DNA from: an uncultured Actinomycetes bacterium
GTDB lineage: Bacteria; Actinomycetota; Thermoleophilia; UBA2241
Reading direction: 5' to 3'
DNA length: 64,000 nucleotides
Assembly: GCA_963709345.1 (NCBI GenBank)
Contig: CAVPVX010000007.1
Coordinates: 256,001-320,000, forward strand
Shown here: in pieces, positions 53,645-63,417 of the stretch
Position numbering within the stretch: position 1 is the stretch's first letter
Layout of the letters: every line of letters starts with the position of its first letter
Notes under the pieces: model-generated
What the model was told of the DNA's origin: nothing
What the model saw: only the letters and a program-made list of their open reading frames with translations
The model's database searches: none
Translations under genes and position numbers: made by a program

Positions 53645-54142
53645 ATGCCCGTGACCAACCAAGAGCAGCTCCGCACCGACGTTCTCGCCCTGGTCGACAA
53701 ACTCGGCCCCGGCAGAAGCTCTCTCATCCCGATCCTCCGGGATGTCAAGAGCCACCACCACGAGATCGACAGCGAATCGATGCAGACCATTGCCGACATC
53801 CTCGACATCCACCCCGTCGAGGTCTACAGCGTGGCGTCGTTCTACGCATTCCTGCACGGCGCCCCCGAGGGCCGCTTCGTCGTGCGCCTGTGCGGCACCC
53901 TGTCGTGCGATTTTGCCGGCAAGGCCGCCGTCGCCGAGGCGCTCACCGATGAGCTCGGCATCGACTTCGACGCGACCACCGAAGACGGCGTCTTCACGCT
54001 CGAATGGGCGAGCTGCGTCGGCATGTGCGACCAGGGCCCGGCCCTGCTCGTGAACGACGAGGTCCACACGCGGGTCACGCCGGAGTCGGTGCGCGAGATC
54101 GTCGCCGCCTGCCGGTCCGCCGCTGCGACCCAGGAGGGCTGA
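53645..54142 (+). CDS. hydC: NuoE-like subunit of hydrogenase 2
   Basis: VASFYAF, CGTLSC, CVGMCDQGP. Confidence 0.9.
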   Translation: MPVTNQEQLRTDVLALVDKLGPGRSSLIPILRDVKSHHHEIDSESMQTIADILDIHPVEVYSVASFYAFLHGAPEGRFVVRLCGTLSCDFAGKAAVAEALTDELGIDFDATTEDGVFTLEWASCVGMCDQGPALLVNDEVHTRVTPESVREIVAACRSAAATQEG

Positions 54143-54145
54143 GCA

Positions 54146-55342
54146 GTGGCAACGGCGATCGAGACCAAGGGCAACGCCCTCACCTACGAGACCATCGAGG
54201 CCGAGGCCGGCCTCAAGGCCGCGCTGGCCATGAGCCGCGCCGACCTCGTCGACTTCGTGCGCGACAGCGACCTCAAGGGCCGCGGCGGCGCCGGATTCCC
54301 GACGGGCATGAAGTGGGGCTTCTGCGCGGCGGAGAAGGCCGACCAGAAGTACATCATCTGCAACGCCGACGAGGGCGAGCCCGGCACCTTCAAGGACCGC
54401 GTCATCCTCACCCGGTTCGCCGACCTCGTCTTCGAGGGAATGACCATCGGCGGCCGCGCCATCGGCGCGTCGCTCGGCATCATCTACCTGCGCGCCGAGT
54501 ACACCTACCTGCGCCCGCACCTCAACGAGGTCATCAAGCAGCGCCGTGAGAAGGGCCTTCTCGGCCATGACGTCATGGGCGTCGAAGGTTTCGACTTCGA
54601 CATCATCACCGCCATCGGCGCCGGCGCCTACGTGTGCGGCGAAGAGACCGCCCTTATCGAGAGCCTCGAGGGCTTCCGCGGTGAGCCGCGCAACCGCCCG
54701 CCCTTCCCCGTGGTCGCAGGTCTGCTCAACAACCCGACGGTCGTGAACAACGTGGAGACGCTGGCCTCGGTGGCGGCGATCCTCGCCAAGGGCGCCGACT
54801 GGTTCAAGGGGTTCGGCACCGACAAGTCGACCGGCTACAAGCTCTTCAGCATCAGCGGCGACTGCGACAAGCCCGGCGTGTACGAGTTCCCGTGGGGCAT
54901 CACCGTCGCGGAACTGCTCAAGGAGGTCGGCGGCGAAGGCGCCAAGGCCGTCCAGATCGGCGGCGCGAGCGGCATCTGCGTGCCCGCGAGGGACTTCAGC
55001 CGCGCGCTGGCATTCGAAGACATCCCCACCGGCGGCTCGGTGATGGTCATCGGCCCGAGCCGCGACATCCTCGACGTCGCCGAGAACTTCCTCGAGTTCT
55101 TCGTCGAGGAGAGCTGCGGCCAGTGCACGCCGTGCCGCCTCGGCAACCCCCAGATGCTCAAGGTCGTCCAGCTGCTCAAGCAGGGCTCCTGCCCGCCTGA
55201 GTTCCTGGCCGACGTCAAGGCTCTGGGCGAGACCATGAAGGTCGCCTCGAAGTGCGGCCTCGGGCAGACCAGCCCGAGCGCCTTCCTCTCGATACTCGAG
55301 GGCTTCGAAGACGAGATCAGCAACCGCGCCCCGAGCGCCTGA
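54146..55342 (+). CDS. hydB: Short NuoF-like subunit of hydrogenase 2 (non-bifurcating-type motifs)
   Basis: GRGGAGFPTG, NADEGEPGTFKDR, GAYVCGEET, GGASG, ESCGQCTPCR; no extra N- or C-terminal FeS domains. Confidence 0.9.
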   Translation: MATAIETKGNALTYETIEAEAGLKAALAMSRADLVDFVRDSDLKGRGGAGFPTGMKWGFCAAEKADQKYIICNADEGEPGTFKDRVILTRFADLVFEGMTIGGRAIGASLGIIYLRAEYTYLRPHLNEVIKQRREKGLLGHDVMGVEGFDFDIITAIGAGAYVCGEETALIESLEGFRGEPRNRPPFPVVAGLLNNPTVVNNVETLASVAAILAKGADWFKGFGTDKSTGYKLFSISGDCDKPGVYEFPWGITVAELLKEVGGEGAKAVQIGGASGICVPARDFSRALAFEDIPTGGSVMVIGPSRDILDVAENFLEFFVEESCGQCTPCRLGNPQMLKVVQLLKQGSCPPEFLADVKALGETMKVASKCGLGQTSPSAFLSILEGFEDEISNRAPSA

Positions 55343-55361
55343 CGAGAGCGAGGGAGTGAGC

Positions 55362-57293
55362 ATGAGCAATCCCACCACGCCGATCCATCGCGCGCCGCTC
55401 TCGCAGCAGCACCGGCGCGTCATCACCACCACCAGCCCGGACGCCATCGGCGCCCTGGTCAGCGTCACCATCGACGGCGTCGAGGCCAAGGTACCGTTCG
55501 GCACCACGATCCTCGAGGCATCCAAGAACGCCGGCGTCAACATCCCGACGCTGTGCGACCACCCGGACCTCAACGTTGCCGGCGTCTGCCGCATGTGCGT
55601 CGTCGAAGTCGAGGGCCAGCGAACGCTGCAGCCCGCCTGCACGTTCCCGGTCGTCAACCAGATGAAAATCAAGACGCACACGCGCAAGGTCCGCATGGCC
55701 CGCAAGCACGTGCTCGAGCTGCTGCTCAGCGAGCACTGCGGCGAGTGCTACAGCTGCGTGCGCAACGGCAACTGCGAGCTGCAGTCCCTGGCCGAGGAGT
55801 ACGGCATCACCGAGTTCGCCTTCGGGCACCCGAGCGAGCCGCTCTACGAGCAGGACACGTCCAGTTACTCCGTGATGCGCGACATGAACAAGTGCATCCG
55901 CTGCCGCCGCTGCATCCGCACCTGCATCGACGTGCAGGAGGTCGGCGTGCTCGAGGCCATCGGCCGCAGCAACAAAGTCACGATCGAGACCTTCGAAGAC
56001 ATGCCGCTCGGCTCCGTGGTCTGCATCAACTGCGGCCAGTGCGTCAACCGCTGCCCGGTCGGCGCCCTGTACGCCAAGGACGAGACCGACGAAGTCTGGG
56101 CCGCGATCGACGATCCCGACAAGCATGTGGTCATCCAGACCGCCCCGGCGCCACGTTCGGCGATGGGGGAGGTCTTCGGCCTCGAGCCCGGCACGCCGGT
56201 CACCTTCGAGATGAACACGGCGCTGCGCCGGGCCGGCTTCGACATGGTGTTCGACACCAACTTCACCGCCGACCTCACCATCATCGAGGAGGGCACGGAG
56301 CTCATCCTCCGGCTCTACAAGGCGCTGGTGCTGGGTGACAAGGACGTCGCCCTGCCGCAGTTCACCAGCTGCTCGCCCGGCTGGGTCAAGTACCTCGAGC
56401 ACTTCTACCCCGAGTACCTGCCCAACGCCTCGAGCGCCAAGAGCCCACAGCAGATGTTCGGCGCGCTCATCAAGACGTACTACGCCGAGAAGCTGGGCCT
56501 GGACCCGGCGAACATCGTGAGCTGCGCGCTCATGCCCTGCTCGGCCAAGAAGTACGAGTGCAACCGTCCCGAGATGGTCGACTCCGGCTTCCAGGACGTC
56601 GACTATGGGCTCACGACGCGCGAGCTTGGCAAGATGTTCAAGGAGGCCGGCCTGCACGTGCCCAGCCTGCCCAAGAGCGACTTCGACGACCCCTTCGGCA
56701 CCGCCACCGGCTCCGGCGTCATCTTCGGCGCCACCGGCGGCGTCATGGAGAGCGCCCTGCGCACCGTCATCGAGCTCGTCACCGGACTCAAGGTCGAGAG
56801 CATCTACGACCACGGCGACATCATCCCGGTGCGTGGCTTCGAGGGCGTCAAGTACGCCGAGCTCACCATCCCCCAGGTCGGCCCGGTGCCCGAGATCCTC
56901 GCGCACCTCGTGCCGGATTGGGAGTGGCTGAACGGCGCCACCCTCAAGGTGGCCGTCGCCCACGGCACCGCCAACGCCAAGAAGGTCATGGACGACATCA
57001 AGGCCGGCGGCAAGTTCAGCGAGTGCCACTTCATCGAGATCATGGCCTGCCCCGGCGGTTGCCTGGGCGGCGGTGGCCAGCCGATCCCGACCAGCCCCGA
57101 GATCCGCGCGGCGCGCGCCAAGGCGATCTACGCCGAGGACCACGCCTACGACGTCCGCAAGTCCTACGAGAACCCGGCGGTCGCCGCTTCCTACGCCGAG
57201 TTCCTCACCGACGGCCCGTGCGGGCACAAGAGCCACAAGCTCCTGCACACCGACTACACGGCCCGCGGCAAGCACATCCCGCAGGACGACTGA
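55362..57293 (+). CDS. hydA: [FeFe]-hydrogenase catalytic subunit 2 (group A)
   Basis: FTSCSPGW, MPCSAKKYE, EIMACPGGCLGGGGQP plus F-cluster motifs. Confidence 0.96.
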   Translation: MSNPTTPIHRAPLSQQHRRVITTTSPDAIGALVSVTIDGVEAKVPFGTTILEASKNAGVNIPTLCDHPDLNVAGVCRMCVVEVEGQRTLQPACTFPVVNQMKIKTHTRKVRMARKHVLELLLSEHCGECYSCVRNGNCELQSLAEEYGITEFAFGHPSEPLYEQDTSSYSVMRDMNKCIRCRRCIRTCIDVQEVGVLEAIGRSNKVTIETFEDMPLGSVVCINCGQCVNRCPVGALYAKDETDEVWAAIDDPDKHVVIQTAPAPRSAMGEVFGLEPGTPVTFEMNTALRRAGFDMVFDTNFTADLTIIEEGTELILRLYKALVLGDKDVALPQFTSCSPGWVKYLEHFYPEYLPNASSAKSPQQMFGALIKTYYAEKLGLDPANIVSCALMPCSAKKYECNRPEMVDSGFQDVDYGLTTRELGKMFKEAGLHVPSLPKSDFDDPFGTATGSGVIFGATGGVMESALRTVIELVTGLKVESIYDHGDIIPVRGFEGVKYAELTIPQVGPVPEILAHLVPDWEWLNGATLKVAVAHGTANAKKVMDDIKAGGKFSECHFIEIMACPGGCLGGGGQPIPTSPEIRAARAKAIYAEDHAYDVRKSYENPAVAASYAEFLTDGPCGHKSHKLLHTDYTARGKHIPQDD

Positions 57294-57306
57294 CACCACC
57301 CGCGTC

Positions 57307-57342
57307 CAGGAGGCGCCGCCGCTTCGGCGGCGGCGCCTCCTG
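57307..57342 (+). terminator. 16-bp hairpin with UUCG loop after hydA2
   Basis: caggaggcgccgccgc-ttcg-gcggcggcgcctcctg. Confidence 0.75.
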
Positions 57343-57463
57343 CGTGTGTCGCGTCGACAGGTGACCTGATGCGGGATGCCGGGCCGATGAATCCCGAGCG
57401 CCGAGGCGTCTGCATCGTTTACACTACGAGCGGGTAGATAATCCGCAGCGGGCAACGAGGTCA

Positions 57464-58828
57464 ATGGGAGCAGACAAACAGCAGCGACGGCCCTCCGTCA
57501 CGTACGTCGACCCGTTCCGAGACGCCGACGCGCTCAAGCCCATCGGAGCCAAGGAACGTGCTCTTCTCCGCACCGTGAACCAGAAGATCGCGGCGCGCCC
57601 CTCCCTGCGAGCAATCGTCGACTATCTCTTCGAAAAGACTCAGGCGCTGATTCCGTGCGACCGCATGGGCCTCGCCTTCGTCGACGAACGCGGGGAGCTC
57701 GTTACCAGCTACTACAACCGGGCCTCCTACGAGCCGCTGCGCATCGGCCAAGGCTATCGCGAAGTCCTGCAGGGCAGTTCGCTGCACGAGGTCATGCAGA
57801 ACGGGTTGCCGCGCATCATCAGTGACCTCGAGGACTACGTGCGGGAGCACCCCCGAAGCCGCTCCTCGAAGCTCCTCATCAAGGAGGGCGTGCGCTCGAG
57901 CCTGACGTGCCCCCTCAGCGTCGAGGGGCGCGTCGTCGGCTTCATCTTCCGCAGCTCCCGCGAAGCTCACGCGTACGGCCCCGGCCACATCGAGCTGCAG
58001 ATGGCGATCACCGAGCGCCTCAGCCAGGCGGTCGAGAAGGCCTGGCGGATCGAGCAGCTCGAGGAGGCCAACTACGCCTACACGCAGATGCTGGGATTCG
58101 TCAGTCACGAGCTCAAGAGCCCCGTCGCCTCGATGGTGACGGACGCACAGATCCTCAGCCAGGGCTACCTCGGCGATCTCACCCCCGAACAACTGGCCAA
58201 GGTCACCAGCATGGAGCGCAAGGGCCAGTACCTGCTCAGCCTCGTCCGTGAGTACCTGGACCTCGCGCGTGTGGAGGGCGGAGAGCTCACCCTCGCCACG
58301 CGCCCGCGAGTGGACGTGATGGAGGCCGTCGTCGACGAGGCCGTCGAGCTCGTTCGGCCGCAGATCGACGCCCACGGGATGCAGCTGATGGCATGCGTGC
58401 CGACTCCCCCACTCCCGCTCGTCTGCTGCGACTCGACGCTCCTGCGCATCGTCCTCGTGAATCTTCTCGACAACGCCGTCAAGTACGGCAACGAAGGCGG
58501 GGAGATCCACCTGACGGCCGAGGTGTCGCCGAACACCACCAAGAAGGGCGAGAAGCTCCGCGTCAGCGTCTGGAACGCAGGCCCCGGCTTCAGCCAGTCC
58601 CAGCAGGACAAGCTCTTCCGTCGCTTCTCGCGGCTTGACGACCCCGCGCTCAAGAGCCGGCGCGGCACGGGCGTCGGGCTCTACAACGCCTGGCGCATCA
58701 TCCAGCTGCACAAAGGCCGGCTCACCGCCGAGTCAAAGCACGGGGAGTGGGCAGAGTTCGCATTCGAGATCCCGGCGTCGGCCGAGTGCGCCGAGCCGGA
58801 AGCTGTCGACCGAGGGAGCAGCGCATGA
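57464..58828 (+). CDS. GAF-domain histidine kinase
   Basis: GAF-like region (EGVRSSLTCPL), SHELKSP, NLLDNAVKY, GTGVGL. Confidence 0.9.
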   Translation: MGADKQQRRPSVTYVDPFRDADALKPIGAKERALLRTVNQKIAARPSLRAIVDYLFEKTQALIPCDRMGLAFVDERGELVTSYYNRASYEPLRIGQGYREVLQGSSLHEVMQNGLPRIISDLEDYVREHPRSRSSKLLIKEGVRSSLTCPLSVEGRVVGFIFRSSREAHAYGPGHIELQMAITERLSQAVEKAWRIEQLEEANYAYTQMLGFVSHELKSPVASMVTDAQILSQGYLGDLTPEQLAKVTSMERKGQYLLSLVREYLDLARVEGGELTLATRPRVDVMEAVVDEAVELVRPQIDAHGMQLMACVPTPPLPLVCCDSTLLRIVLVNLLDNAVKYGNEGGEIHLTAEVSPNTTKKGEKLRVSVWNAGPGFSQSQQDKLFRRFSRLDDPALKSRRGTGVGLYNAWRIIQLHKGRLTAESKHGEWAEFAFEIPASAECAEPEAVDRGSSA

Positions 58829-60228
58829 CAGCATTGCCGGAGAAGGGCACGTTCATCGACGAGGCGGCGATCGACGACGCCATGCTCGCCGCCTCTACCA
58901 AGGACGCAGGGCGCGTCCGCGAGATCCTCGCCAAAGCCCTGGAGCTCAAGGGACTCGCTATGGACGAGGTGGCGGTGCTCACCTCCGTGAGCGACCCCCA
59001 ACTGCTGTCTGAGCTCTTTGAGACGGCGCGCGACGCCAAGGACGCGATCTACGGCTCGCGACTGGTGCTCTTCGCCCCGCTCTACATCAGCAACCTCTGC
59101 AACAACGACTGCCTCTACTGTGCCTTTCGCGTGCGCAACAAGGCGCTCAAGCGACGCGCCCTCACCCAGGACGAGATCCGCCGCGAGGTCGAGGCGCTGG
59201 TCGACCAGGGTCACAAGCGCATCCTGCTCGTCGCAGGCGAGTCGTATCCCAAGCAGGGCGGCTTCCAGTACGTGCTCGACAGCATCGCGACCATCTACGA
59301 CGTCAAGCGCGGCAACGGCGAGATCCGCCGCATCAACGTCAACGTCGCGCCCTTGAGTGTCGACGATTTCCGCGCTCTCAAGGCGACCGGCATCGGCACC
59401 TTCCAGCTCTTCCAGGAAACGTACCATCGCGCGACCTACGCGTCCGTCCACGTCGGCGGCAAGAAGAGGGACTACGACTGGCGCGTCACCGGCATGCACC
59501 GCGCCATGGAAGCCGGCATCGACGACGTCGGCATCGGCGTCCTCTTCGGCCTCGCCGACTGGCGCTTCGAGATCCTGGCGATGCTGCAGCACATCCACGA
59601 ACTCGAGCGCGCCTTCGGCGTCGGCCCGCACACGATCAGCATGCCGCGCCTCGAGCCCGCCAGCGGCTCGGACATGGCGAGCAAACCGCCGCTCCCGGTG
59701 AGCGACATCGACTTCCGCAAGCTCGTCGCCATCCTCCGCCTCGCGGTGCCTTACACGGGCATGATCATGAGCACGCGCGAGACGGCCAACCTCCGCCGCG
59801 AGACCTTCGCTCTCGGCGTCAGCCAGATCAGCGCCGGCAGCCGTACCAATCCCGGCGGCTACGAAGAGGACGAGGAGTTCGACGCCGCGCAGTTCCAGCT
59901 TGGCGACCACCGCTCGCTGGACGAGGTGATCCGTGACGTCGCCGAGCTTGGGTACGTCCCGAGCTTCTGCACCGCCTGCTACCGCCTCGGGCGCACGGGC
60001 ATGGACTTCATGGATCTCGCCAAGCCGGGCGACATCAAGCACCACTGCGACCCGAACGCTCTGAGCACCTTCGAGGAGTACCTGCTCGACTACGGCAGCG
60101 AGGAGACCCGCGCCATCGGCAAGGCGCTCATCACGCGGAAGGTCGCGGAGATGGACGACGTCCGCCGCGCCCACACCCAGAAGATGCTCGACAAAGTGCG
60201 CGCCGGCGACCGCGACGTGCTCTGCTGA
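58825..60228 (+). CDS. hydG: [FeFe]-hydrogenase maturase HydG
   Basis: FAPLYISNLCNNDCLYC, FQETYH, GPHTIS, PSFCTACYR..C. Confidence 0.96.
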   Translation: MTALPEKGTFIDEAAIDDAMLAASTKDAGRVREILAKALELKGLAMDEVAVLTSVSDPQLLSELFETARDAKDAIYGSRLVLFAPLYISNLCNNDCLYCAFRVRNKALKRRALTQDEIRREVEALVDQGHKRILLVAGESYPKQGGFQYVLDSIATIYDVKRGNGEIRRINVNVAPLSVDDFRALKATGIGTFQLFQETYHRATYASVHVGGKKRDYDWRVTGMHRAMEAGIDDVGIGVLFGLADWRFEILAMLQHIHELERAFGVGPHTISMPRLEPASGSDMASKPPLPVSDIDFRKLVAILRLAVPYTGMIMSTRETANLRRETFALGVSQISAGSRTNPGGYEEDEEFDAAQFQLGDHRSLDEVIRDVAELGYVPSFCTACYRLGRTGMDFMDLAKPGDIKHHCDPNALSTFEEYLLDYGSEETRAIGKALITRKVAEMDDVRRAHTQKMLDKVRAGDRDVLC

Positions 60229-60296
60229 ACACGGCGCCGACGGACGGCCCCCGAGCGCGACCGAAGCGTCATGACCATGACACGAAAGGAAGCACT

Positions 60297-60557
60297 GTGA
60301 ACGACGACCACATCATCCTCGGCATCCACATCACCAACCGGCTGAAGAATGCCGCCTCCGTGCAGAAGGTCTTCACCGAGTACGGCTGCAACATCAAGAC
60401 GCGGATCGGGCTCCACGACGTGGACGAGAACGTCTGCTCGCCCAGCGGCGTCGTCCTCATCGAGTTCTTCGGCTCGGACGACGAGGCCACCGCGATGATG
60501 GCGAAGCTGAACGAGGCAGAGGGCGTGCAGGTCCAGAAGATGGTGTTCAACCACTGA
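60297..60557 (+). CDS. Iron-only hydrogenase system regulator-like protein (TM1266/ACT-like)
   Basis: VQKVFTEYGCNIKTRIGLH; position between maturases. Confidence 0.7.
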   Translation: MNDDHIILGIHITNRLKNAASVQKVFTEYGCNIKTRIGLHDVDENVCSPSGVVLIEFFGSDDEATAMMAKLNEAEGVQVQKMVFNH

Positions 60558-60579
60558 GCGCGACGCCCCGGACAGACCG

Positions 60580-62010
60580 ATGAGCAACGGCGTGCGCCTC
60601 GAGCGCGACATGCTCGGTGAGATCGCCGTGCCGGCGGGCAGCCTGCACGGCGCGCACACCGAGCGGGCGCTCGAGAACTTCCCGCTCGCCGGGCGGCCGG
60701 TGCACCTCGAGCTGGCGCGCGCGTACGGCATGGTCAAGCTGGCCTGCGCGCGCACCAACCGGGCGCTCGGCGTGTGGGCCGGCGACGACGCCAAGGCCGA
60801 CGCCATCGAGCGCGCCTGCCGTGAGCTGGCCGACGGGCTGCTCGACGACCACATCGTCGTCGACCGCCTGCAGGGCGGCGCCGGGACGAGCACCAACATG
60901 AACGTGAACGAAGTGCTGGCCAATCGCGCCCTGCAGATCCTCGGCGAGACGCCCGGCGAGTACGAGCGCGTCTCGCCGCTCGACGACATCAACCTCCACC
61001 AGAGCACGAACGACACCTACCCCACCGCGCTCAGGCTGGCGGCCATCGAGCTGCTCCACAAGCTGGAGGAGCAGATCGTCTCGCTGCAGGAGGCCTTCCA
61101 GGCCAAGGAGCAGGAATTCGCGCACGTCGTCAAGGTGGGCCGCACGCAGTATCAGGACGCCGTGCTCACGACCCTCGGCCGCGAGATGGGCGCCTACGCC
61201 GAGGCGCTGGGCCGCGACCGCTGGCGCATCTACAAGTGCGAGGAGCGCCTGCGCGTCGTGAACCTCGGCGGCACCGCCATCGGCACCGGCTTCGCGGCGC
61301 CGCGCCAGTACGTCTTCCGCGTGGTCGACACGCTGCGCGAGCTCACCAGCATCGGCTTCGCCCGCGCCGAGAACCTCACCGAAGCGACGCAGAACGCCGA
61401 CGTCTTCGTCGAGGTCTCGGGGATCCTCAAGGCGCACGCCGCGACCCTGCTCAAGCTCGCCGGCGACCTGCGGCTGCTGAGCTCCGGGCCGGAGGCGGGG
61501 CTCGGCGAGATCCGGCTGCCGCGGCGGCAGGCCGGCTCGAGCATCATGCCGGGCAAGGTCAACCCCGTCGTCCCCGAGGCCGTCAGCCAAGCGGCGCTGC
61601 TGGTGTTCGGCTACGACACCACCATCGCCACGGCCGCCGGCCTCGGCAGCCTCGAGCTCAACGCCTTTCTGCCACTCATCGCCGCCTGTCTGCTGCAGAG
61701 CCTCGGGCTGCTGGCGCACTCAGACGAAATCCTGCGCCGGTTCTGTGTCGAGGGCATCGAGGCCGACGAGGAGCGCTGCGCGACGCACGTGCGCGTCTCC
61801 AGCGCCGCCGCGACGGCGCTCGTCCCCGAACTGGGCTACGACGCGGCCTGCGGCGTCGTCCGCAGGGCCGCTGAGCGTGGGGAGACTATCCGCGACGTCG
61901 TCGTCGACGACGGCCTGCTCTCGGCGGACAGGTACGACGAACTGCTCTCGGCCGAAGCCGTCTGCCGTCTGGGCACGCCCCAGACGCGCGGCGCCGGCGT
62001 GGAGGACTGA
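60580..62010 (+). CDS. aspA: Aspartate ammonia-lyase (fumarase/aspartase superfamily)
   Basis: GAGTSTNMNVNEV, QSTNDTYPT, GRTQYQDA, GSSIMPGKVNP. Confidence 0.85.
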   Translation: MSNGVRLERDMLGEIAVPAGSLHGAHTERALENFPLAGRPVHLELARAYGMVKLACARTNRALGVWAGDDAKADAIERACRELADGLLDDHIVVDRLQGGAGTSTNMNVNEVLANRALQILGETPGEYERVSPLDDINLHQSTNDTYPTALRLAAIELLHKLEEQIVSLQEAFQAKEQEFAHVVKVGRTQYQDAVLTTLGREMGAYAEALGRDRWRIYKCEERLRVVNLGGTAIGTGFAAPRQYVFRVVDTLRELTSIGFARAENLTEATQNADVFVEVSGILKAHAATLLKLAGDLRLLSSGPEAGLGEIRLPRRQAGSSIMPGKVNPVVPEAVSQAALLVFGYDTTIATAAGLGSLELNAFLPLIAACLLQSLGLLAHSDEILRRFCVEGIEADEERCATHVRVSSAAATALVPELGYDAACGVVRRAAERGETIRDVVVDDGLLSADRYDELLSAEAVCRLGTPQTRGAGVED

Positions 62011-62054
62011 GACGTGATCGCGGCTTCGCGGCGCTCTCACAAGGAGGAGGGCTC

Positions 62055-63362
62055 ATGGGCCTGATGGACGCACCCCGCGGCATGCGCCTGCACATCGGCA
62101 TCTTTGGCCGGCGCAACGTCGGCAAGAGCAGCCTGCTGAACGCGATCACCCGCCAGGACGTCAGCATCGTGAGCGACTTCGCCGGCACCACGACCGACCC
62201 TGTCGAGAAGCCGATGGAGTTGCTGCCGCTCGGCCCCATACTCTTCATCGACACGGCCGGGATAGACGACGTCGGCGTGCTCGGCGAGCTGCGCGCGAAG
62301 AAGACCACGCAGGTCTTCGACCGCACCGATCTGGGCGTGCTGGTCACCGAGGCCGGAAGCTGGGGCGAGTACGAAGACGGCATCCTCGACGAGTTCCAGG
62401 AGCACAAGACGCCGGTCGTGGTCGTCTTCAACAAGAGCGACCTCGTGAGCAAGCCGGCGCCGGTCAAGCGCCTGCAGGACCTCAAGATCACACCCGTGAT
62501 GACCGCCGCCAGCGAGGGGCGCGGGGTCCTCGACTTCCGCCAGGCGCTGCTCGACGCGGCGCCGCCGGACTTCATCGACAACCCGTCGATCCTCGGCGAC
62601 CTCGTCAATTCCGGCGACCTCGCCGTGCTCGTCGTGCCGATCGACAAGGAGGCGCCGCGCGGCCGCCTGATCCTGCCGCAGGTGCAGAGCATCCGCGACC
62701 TCATGGACAGTGACGCGATGGCGCTCGTGGTGAAGGAGCGCGAGCTCCGCAACGCCATCGACCGCCTCAACCGGCCGCCGAAGCTGGTGGTCACCGACTC
62801 GCAGGCGTTTCTCAAGGTCGCCGCAGACACGCCGCCCGAGGTCCCGATGACGAGTTTCAGCATCCTCTTCGCACGCTTCAAGGGCGACCTCGTCAGCCAG
62901 GTCGAGGGCACCCTGGCGGTCGACGACCTGAAGAGCGGCGCCAACATCCTCATCGCCGAGGCCTGCAGCCACCACCCCATCGCCGAGGACATCGGGCGCG
63001 TCAAGATCCCCCGCTGGCTGACCCAGTACGTCGGCGGCAAGCTGAACATCGAGCACATGCAGGGCCACGACTTCCCCGACGACCTCTCGCGCTGGGACCT
63101 CGTGATCCACTGCGGCGCCTGCACCTTCAATCGCCGGGCGATGCTCGGCCGCATCCTGCGCTGCCGGCAACAGGGCGTGCCGATCACCAACTACGGCCTC
63201 GTGATCGCCTTCAGCCTCGGCATCTTCGAGCGCGCGCTCCAGCCCTTCCCCGCCGCCCTCGAGGCGTTGCGGGCGGCCCACGCGCGACGGGCCGGGCACG
63301 CACCGGCGGAGCCGGTGACCGCCGGCCTGCCCGACGACGCCGCCGTCGACGACCTGTGCTGA
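62055..63362 (+). CDS. hydF: [FeFe]-hydrogenase maturase GTPase HydF
   Basis: GRRNVGKSS, GTTTDPV, DTAG, NKSD, EACSHH, HCGAC. Confidence 0.96.
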   Translation: MGLMDAPRGMRLHIGIFGRRNVGKSSLLNAITRQDVSIVSDFAGTTTDPVEKPMELLPLGPILFIDTAGIDDVGVLGELRAKKTTQVFDRTDLGVLVTEAGSWGEYEDGILDEFQEHKTPVVVVFNKSDLVSKPAPVKRLQDLKITPVMTAASEGRGVLDFRQALLDAAPPDFIDNPSILGDLVNSGDLAVLVVPIDKEAPRGRLILPQVQSIRDLMDSDAMALVVKERELRNAIDRLNRPPKLVVTDSQAFLKVAADTPPEVPMTSFSILFARFKGDLVSQVEGTLAVDDLKSGANILIAEACSHHPIAEDIGRVKIPRWLTQYVGGKLNIEHMQGHDFPDDLSRWDLVIHCGACTFNRRAMLGRILRCRQQGVPITNYGLVIAFSLGIFERALQPFPAALEALRAAHARRAGHAPAEPVTAGLPDDAAVDDLC

Positions 63363-63417
63363 TGGCGGCGCCCCGCTTCTCGCTCGCAGCCGGCCGGCAC
63401 CGGACGCGCACGCCGCG

